From: Desulfocapsa sulfexigens DSM 10523
GTDB lineage: Bacteria > Desulfobacterota > Desulfobulbia > Desulfobulbales > Desulfocapsaceae
Direction of reading: 5' to 3'
Length of the DNA stretch: 32,000 nt
NCBI RefSeq assembly: GCF_000341395.1
Contig: NC_020304.1
Span: forward strand, 3,810,001 to 3,842,000
This document shows positions 27,751 to 32,000 of this stretch, one piece after another. Each line of letters begins with the position of its first letter. The first letter of the stretch is position 1. A program made the translations under genes and the position numbers. The notes below the pieces were generated by a model. That model saw only the letters and a program-made list of their open reading frames with translations. It ran no database searches and was not told the DNA's origin.

Positions 27751-28446
27751 TTATTGGCTTTTGTTTGAGTTGTTCAACAAAATACGTCTTATTCCTTCAT
27801 GGGACAAGGTCAATCCTTTGCCATTTTGCATTTTCTTTGCAATATCACGATAAGACCAGCGATCAGCTTTCAAGCGAACCATTTCCCCTATAAGTTCCTG
27901 CTGTTCAGGATCTTGTTCCAGTCGTCCATCCTCCCCAACCTTCCATCCAAATGGAACCGGGCCGCCTAAATACTTCCCTTCCTTTTTCCGCTTCGCCTTA
28001 CCTGCACGAATGGCAGCTCCATGGTTTCCACGCTCTCCGAAGGATAAAGCGTTACAAAGTTGATAGACCAGTGAAGAAATCCCTTCCGATGCAACCAACT
28101 TTTTCTGCGTCGGCATGGAAACATTTCCCTCAAGATCAGCACAGAAAAGAGAAACCTTTTTTTTCTTTAATATTTCAAGAAGTGATAGGGCATTCCTGGG
28201 ATTACCAAAAACCCATTTCGCATGCATTACCAGTATGTTATCTCCATCGTTAACATTCTTTAACATCAGGGCGCCCTGTTTTCTTTCCATCAAGGAAACA
28301 GCCGGAGAATAGGATTCCTCCACCAGGAGTTCGTCACAGTATAATTTCAGTGTTTTTGCATATTCTTCTATTACCAACCGCTGACGCTCAAGTGGTACTA
28401 ACGCATTACGCTCAACATCCAAAAAAACATATCCGATGGTTGTCAT
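27751..28446 (-). CDS. Serine-recombinase (resolvase)-like protein with substituted catalytic residues
   Basis: The fold pattern IGYVFLDVE...PLERQR...ILVMHAKWVFGN aligns to resolvase xGYxRVSTxxQ...vlV..lDRlxR. The positions of R8/S10/R68/R71 read F/D/W/G. The C-terminal GGPVPFGWKV..DGRLEQDPEQQELI...SYRDIAKKM resembles the recombinase/HTH part. A good SD (GGAGAG) is present. Confidence 0.6.
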   Translation of the reverse strand: MTTIGYVFLDVERNALVPLERQRLVIEEYAKTLKLYCDELLVEESYSPAVSLMERKQGALMLKNVNDGDNILVMHAKWVFGNPRNALSLLEILKKKKVSLFCADLEGNVSMPTQKKLVASEGISSLVYQLCNALSFGERGNHGAAIRAGKAKRKKEGKYLGGPVPFGWKVGEDGRLEQDPEQQELIGEMVRLKADRWSYRDIAKKMQNGKGLTLSHEGIRRILLNNSNKSQ

Positions 28447-28944
28447 AAACTCTCCTGAAAGAAATTTTGTGGCTTAAACATGACAGAGATGGCAACAGTG
28501 CTTTCAATATGTTCCAATATGGAAACTACGTTATAATCATAGGTGCCACTATAGCAACATTACTATTGATAGATGCCATACTATGCTCGACAGTTTTTCT
28601 ATTTCCCAAAATCCAATCATCCATCCATAAACAGCACATTAACATTATTATATCAATATGTTACAAATGCAAACCCAACATATCAGGTGATAAAATACCA
28701 CGCGGAACCCCTTCCATCCTATTTTTAGATTCCCATCATTGTCAACAATTAATTTGAATAAATGACAATATGACAACTATTTTTTATGAAATAGAGTCAC
28801 TTTGCAACATATACTACTCAGATTGTGCCATAACGTAAACTGTTATATTGTTAGTTGACAATTCACGCACTTTAGTTGGTGCTATCGAATAGCACCAGAG
28901 AATTTTCAAAAAAAAAGGGGGGGTTGTGGGGTGGATAAAAATAC

Positions 28945-31140
28945 TTAAACGAGAGTCAATTTTGCATAGTCAAGGTGGAGAGTTTTCACTCCATGTCTTT
29001 GAAAAATAACATCCACGGAACGGCCCTGCGGTTTATTATTTACCACACCTTCACCAAAGAATGGATGATGCACCCGCACGCCCTTACTCAGGTCTTTCAC
29101 CGACAGCTTTGTCTTCTTAGCTTTTTTAGTAAAAGTAATAGCACTTGATGCCGTCGAGGTGGACGTGAGAAAAGAAGGTGCATTACGCTCCACCCCATCA
29201 CTGTCAATTCGTTCAAAAAGCCCAGCGCGTAATTCAGCAAGAAAAGGCGACATTCCAACTCTTCGGAACTGTCGGTCGGGAGTCATAAGTTCACGCGGAT
29301 AGGTGAGATACAAATATTTCCTCGCTCTGGTTGCAGCCACATAGAGAAGTCTCCGCTCTTCTTCCCACTGTTCGCCAACTTCTGCAGCAGAATGAGGAAA
29401 CCGCCCATCGGCCAACCCCATCACAAAAACAACATCCCATTCCAAACCTTTTGACGAGTGGATGGTTGACAGAATCATCCGCTCTTTATCCTCTTTTGAG
29501 AGACCTTTCCCTGTCTCAGGAGGATCAAGTGTCGTATCATCAACGAAAGTTTGCACATCGGCGTAGCCGGCGACAATGGACTTCAACTGATCAAGATCCT
29601 TTTGACGCTTGGGAAAATCATCACGATATATTTTCTCAAATAATGGCTGATAATAGGCCCAGACAAGTTCGTACAGAACCCCAGGAGTTGTCTCCCTCTC
29701 CATTTCCATAAACAGTTGCGCAAGACTTTCGACACCATGTCTCCAATTCTTGCCACAGGGATATTCGGATAGCGCCTGACCAGGGCTTCCAGAGGTCGCG
29801 ATTGTATCAGCAATTTTTCGGGCAGTCTTGGGACCGACCTTGTCAAGATGGAGCAAAATACGGTTCCAGGAAAGGGTATCAAAGGGATTAACGCGGAGCC
29901 GCAGAAAGGCAATAACATCTTTCATATGGGCAGACTCCGTAAGCTTCATACCACCTCGCTTCTCAAAATCAACACTTGTGGAATTGAGTTCCATTTCAAG
30001 CTTATAGGAATGAAAACCTGATCGAAAAAGTACCGCAATATTGTTCAGTGCTATTCCTTGCCCACGTAACTCCGCAATCTTTTTCGAAACAAAAGCAGCT
30101 TCCTCCCGCTCATCACGTCCCGCAAAAAGTCGGGGCTTAAATTTCCCCTCTATTCTGGTGAAAAGTGTCTTTGCATACTTCTCAACAGCATTAGTCATAA
30201 TATCATTGGTAAGGGACAGGATGGGCTGAGTGGAACGATAGTTTTCTTCGAGTTTAATAATTTTTGTTTCCTTAAACACCTTGGGGAAGCGCATGATATT
30301 GTAGAAATCTGCCCCCCGAAAGGAGTAGATGGACTGAGAGTCATCCCCCACCACCATCACATTTTCATGACCGTGGGCGAGCAGTCGTACAATATCCGCC
30401 TGAATCAAGTTGGTGTCCTGATACTCATCCACCATGATATGTGAATACCTTGCAGCCATCTCCTGTCTGGCCTCGGGAATTTCATCCAGCAGCCGTTTCC
30501 AGTTTACCAACAGATCATCGTAATCCATGAGTCCATTATTAAACTTAAACTCTTTATAATACTTTTCCAGATTCAGGATATCATCCACATGTTCACTGAG
30601 ATGGGAATAACTTTCGTAAACAAGATCGTCTATGGGGATGGATTTATTCACCGAGCCTGAAAGGATATTAATCAGTACCCTCTTGGTGGGAAACTGTTTG
30701 TCACGACCGGTAAGTCCAAGAGACCCCTTTAACAAATTAACAATGCCTTCAGCATCAGCGCGATCAATTATGGTAAAGGAAGAACCGAACCCAAGGTGAT
30801 GTCCATGTCTGCGAAGCAGCATATTGGCAATACCGTGAAACGTTCCTCCAACCACGCGACGACAGGTTTCATTGAGAAGCTGGCCGGCACGCCAGAGCAT
30901 TTCCTGAGAGGCCTTTCTGGTAAAAGTGAGCAGGAGTATTCTTTCCGGATCAATCCCCTGTTCCAACAGATAGGCAACCCTGTACACCAGAGTTCGTGTT
31001 TTACCACTCCCGGCACCGGCGATGACAAGCAGTGGCCCCTCGGTGCTGGTTACAGCCTCTCGTTGTGAAGCATTGAGTTCATTAAGATTTACTGAAGATT
31101 TCAGAGGATCATTCAGATTGCGAAAGATAGTATTTTTCAT
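28945..31140 (-). CDS. ATP-dependent DNA helicase, UvrD/PcrA/Rep family
   Basis: Motif I GAGSGKTRT, motif II VDEYQDTN, motif III VGDDSQSIYSFRGA, motif VI VAATRARK. A C-terminal Tudor-like tail is present. I preferred the ATG at 31140 over the upstream TTG at 31176. Confidence 0.88.
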   Translation of the reverse strand: MKNTIFRNLNDPLKSSVNLNELNASQREAVTSTEGPLLVIAGAGSGKTRTLVYRVAYLLEQGIDPERILLLTFTRKASQEMLWRAGQLLNETCRRVVGGTFHGIANMLLRRHGHHLGFGSSFTIIDRADAEGIVNLLKGSLGLTGRDKQFPTKRVLINILSGSVNKSIPIDDLVYESYSHLSEHVDDILNLEKYYKEFKFNNGLMDYDDLLVNWKRLLDEIPEARQEMAARYSHIMVDEYQDTNLIQADIVRLLAHGHENVMVVGDDSQSIYSFRGADFYNIMRFPKVFKETKIIKLEENYRSTQPILSLTNDIMTNAVEKYAKTLFTRIEGKFKPRLFAGRDEREEAAFVSKKIAELRGQGIALNNIAVLFRSGFHSYKLEMELNSTSVDFEKRGGMKLTESAHMKDVIAFLRLRVNPFDTLSWNRILLHLDKVGPKTARKIADTIATSGSPGQALSEYPCGKNWRHGVESLAQLFMEMERETTPGVLYELVWAYYQPLFEKIYRDDFPKRQKDLDQLKSIVAGYADVQTFVDDTTLDPPETGKGLSKEDKERMILSTIHSSKGLEWDVVFVMGLADGRFPHSAAEVGEQWEEERRLLYVAATRARKYLYLTYPRELMTPDRQFRRVGMSPFLAELRAGLFERIDSDGVERNAPSFLTSTSTASSAITFTKKAKKTKLSVKDLSKGVRVHHPFFGEGVVNNKPQGRSVDVIFQRHGVKTLHLDYAKLTLV

Positions 31141-31182
31141 GGTGGCCACTTTACCACAGAGACTTTTGAGCTGCAACGTCGG

Positions 31183-31210
31183 TTGACAGAAGAGTCAGGA
31201 AGTTTATAGT
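31183..31210 (+). promoter_or_regulatory. Sigma-70-like promoter for the 31262 gene
   Basis: TTGACA (31183-31188), a 16-nt spacer, then TATAGT (31205-31210). It lies about 50 nt upstream of the ATG. Confidence 0.4.
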
Positions 31211-31261
31211 GTGGCGCAGACTAAGGAATCATACTTATAACTTTTACAGAGAATCAGAACC

Positions 31262-31654
31262 ATGGATACAAGTACAATCGACGCCCTCTTCACCCCTGAA
31301 GCCCTACAGCAGCTTTTTCCAAAAGAACGTACAAATGATTTTTTTGAAGCCCTCTTCGGTGATGCCGACGAAGGAGCCTATGACATTGAACTGGGATATG
31401 GTGGAGTGAAGGGAAACAATCTGACCATGGAACTTAAACTTCATGAACGCCCTGGATGCTGTCTAGCCTGTAACCTCACTCAGGGTTTACCACAGGTGTT
31501 TAGTCGCCATCCAATTATTAATGTGTCCGGTCTGGTTGCCGACGTCAACAAACTGCTGGGAGACAATGTGAAGTGCAAAGAATGGTCACTTGGCTACACT
31601 GAACAACGCCAAAAAGAGATGCATGTTATTCCAATCAACATCACCCTGGACTGA
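31262..31654 (+). CDS. Hypothetical protein (130 aa)
   Basis: Clean ORF between a promoter-like site and a strong terminator. I recognise no domain. It contains a PGCCLACN cysteine cluster. Confidence 0.5.
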   Translation: MDTSTIDALFTPEALQQLFPKERTNDFFEALFGDADEGAYDIELGYGGVKGNNLTMELKLHERPGCCLACNLTQGLPQVFSRHPIINVSGLVADVNKLLGDNVKCKEWSLGYTEQRQKEMHVIPINITLD

Positions 31655-31683
31655 TTTCATATTCTGTCCAGTTGCGCAAAAAT

Positions 31684-31720
31684 AAGAAAGGCCGATCCTT
31701 TTTGAGGATCGGCCTTTCTT
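31684..31720. terminator. Bidirectional rho-independent terminator
   Basis: Perfect 15-bp inverted repeat AAGAAAGGCCGATCC / GGATCGGCCTTTCTT with a 7-nt loop. The GC core has A/T runs on both sides and sits between convergent genes. Confidence 0.78.
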
Positions 31721-31742
31721 GCTAATACGTAGTACTTGTAAT

Positions 31743-32000
31743 TTAACAAACAGTCACCCTGGAACGACCCTCGGATTTAGCATTATACAGAATATCATCA
31801 ACCCGCTGCATCCACTCATCAAGGTTTTCTTCAAGTCTCCACTGTGTCATACCAATAGACACGCCAAGTTTTGTTTCGGAGTTTGCCCAGATATTCAGTT
31901 CATCTATGGCCAGACAGAGACGCTCGGCCAGAATTCTGGCACTCTTCTCATCGGTATCATCCATAACGAGTATAAACTCATCCCCACCAAAACGTACCAG
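31743..32000 (-). CDS. GGDEF-domain diguanylate cyclase, C-terminal part (5' end lies outside the window)
   Basis: The minus-strand frame is open to the window edge and reads LVRFGGDEFILVMDDTDE ... SIGMT ... LYNAKSEGRSRV. Confidence 0.85.
   Translation of the reverse strand: MVRFGGDEFILVMDDTDEKSARILAERLCLAIDELNIWANSETKLGVSIGMTQWRLEENLDEWMQRVDDILYNAKSEGRSRVTVC

Noticed and set aside
28467-28757. A 96-aa plus-strand ORF in the AT-rich spacer
   Set aside because: It has a non-ATG start, no SD, Ile/Leu/Phe-rich composition expected from AT-rich DNA, and no motif. It could only be rescued by conservation evidence.
31141-31176. TTG start extending the helicase ORF by 12 codons
   Set aside because: The ATG at 31140 gives an N-terminus at the usual distance from motif I. 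There is no evidence for the TTG, but the choice remains uncertain.
1-32000. CRISPR arrays, rRNA genes, complete IS elements and prophage structural genes
   Set aside because: I saw no regularly spaced direct repeats, no rRNA-like sequence and no transposase ORF. The only mobile-element signatures are the integrase remnant and the recombinase-like gene reported above.

Overview
The window looks like a chromosomal segment from a sigma-54-rich, roughly 45% G+C anaerobe. It resembles Desulfobacterota/Desulfobulbales, but that is inference only because no search was possible. All calls rest on motif recognition in the supplied ORF translations and on hand alignment of the DNA.

Most of the window is housekeeping:
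- a sensor kinase plus NtrC-type regulator
- hemB
- a yqeY-like gene
- a class II ribonucleotide reductase (nrdJ) followed by SEC-C and VanZ genes
- a translationally coupled metY-metX-metW operon
- a CbbQ/CbbO-type AAA+/VWA pair and a DUF1566 protein
- an L,D-transpeptidase with a YcbK/MepK-like peptidase
- two sensor kinases
- folC with a small HNH gene
- a UvrD/PcrA helicase
- a partial GGDEF gene

Four things stand out:
1. A structured repeat of about 90-140 nt occurs twice, in inverted orientation, and exactly brackets metYXW.
2. A roughly 4.2 kb tRNA-Arg(CCG)-associated islet is bounded by a partial duplicate of the tRNA 3' end. It carries a decayed tyrosine integrase and a GC-richer DevBCA/MacAB-like ABC exporter.
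3. An AT-rich 1.5 kb insert between folC and uvrD encodes a serine-recombinase-like protein in which all catalytic residues appear to be substituted. It is flanked by short direct repeats.
4. The CbbQ/CbbO remodeller pair has no recognisable client enzyme in the window.

No CRISPR array, rRNA or recognisable riboswitch was found.
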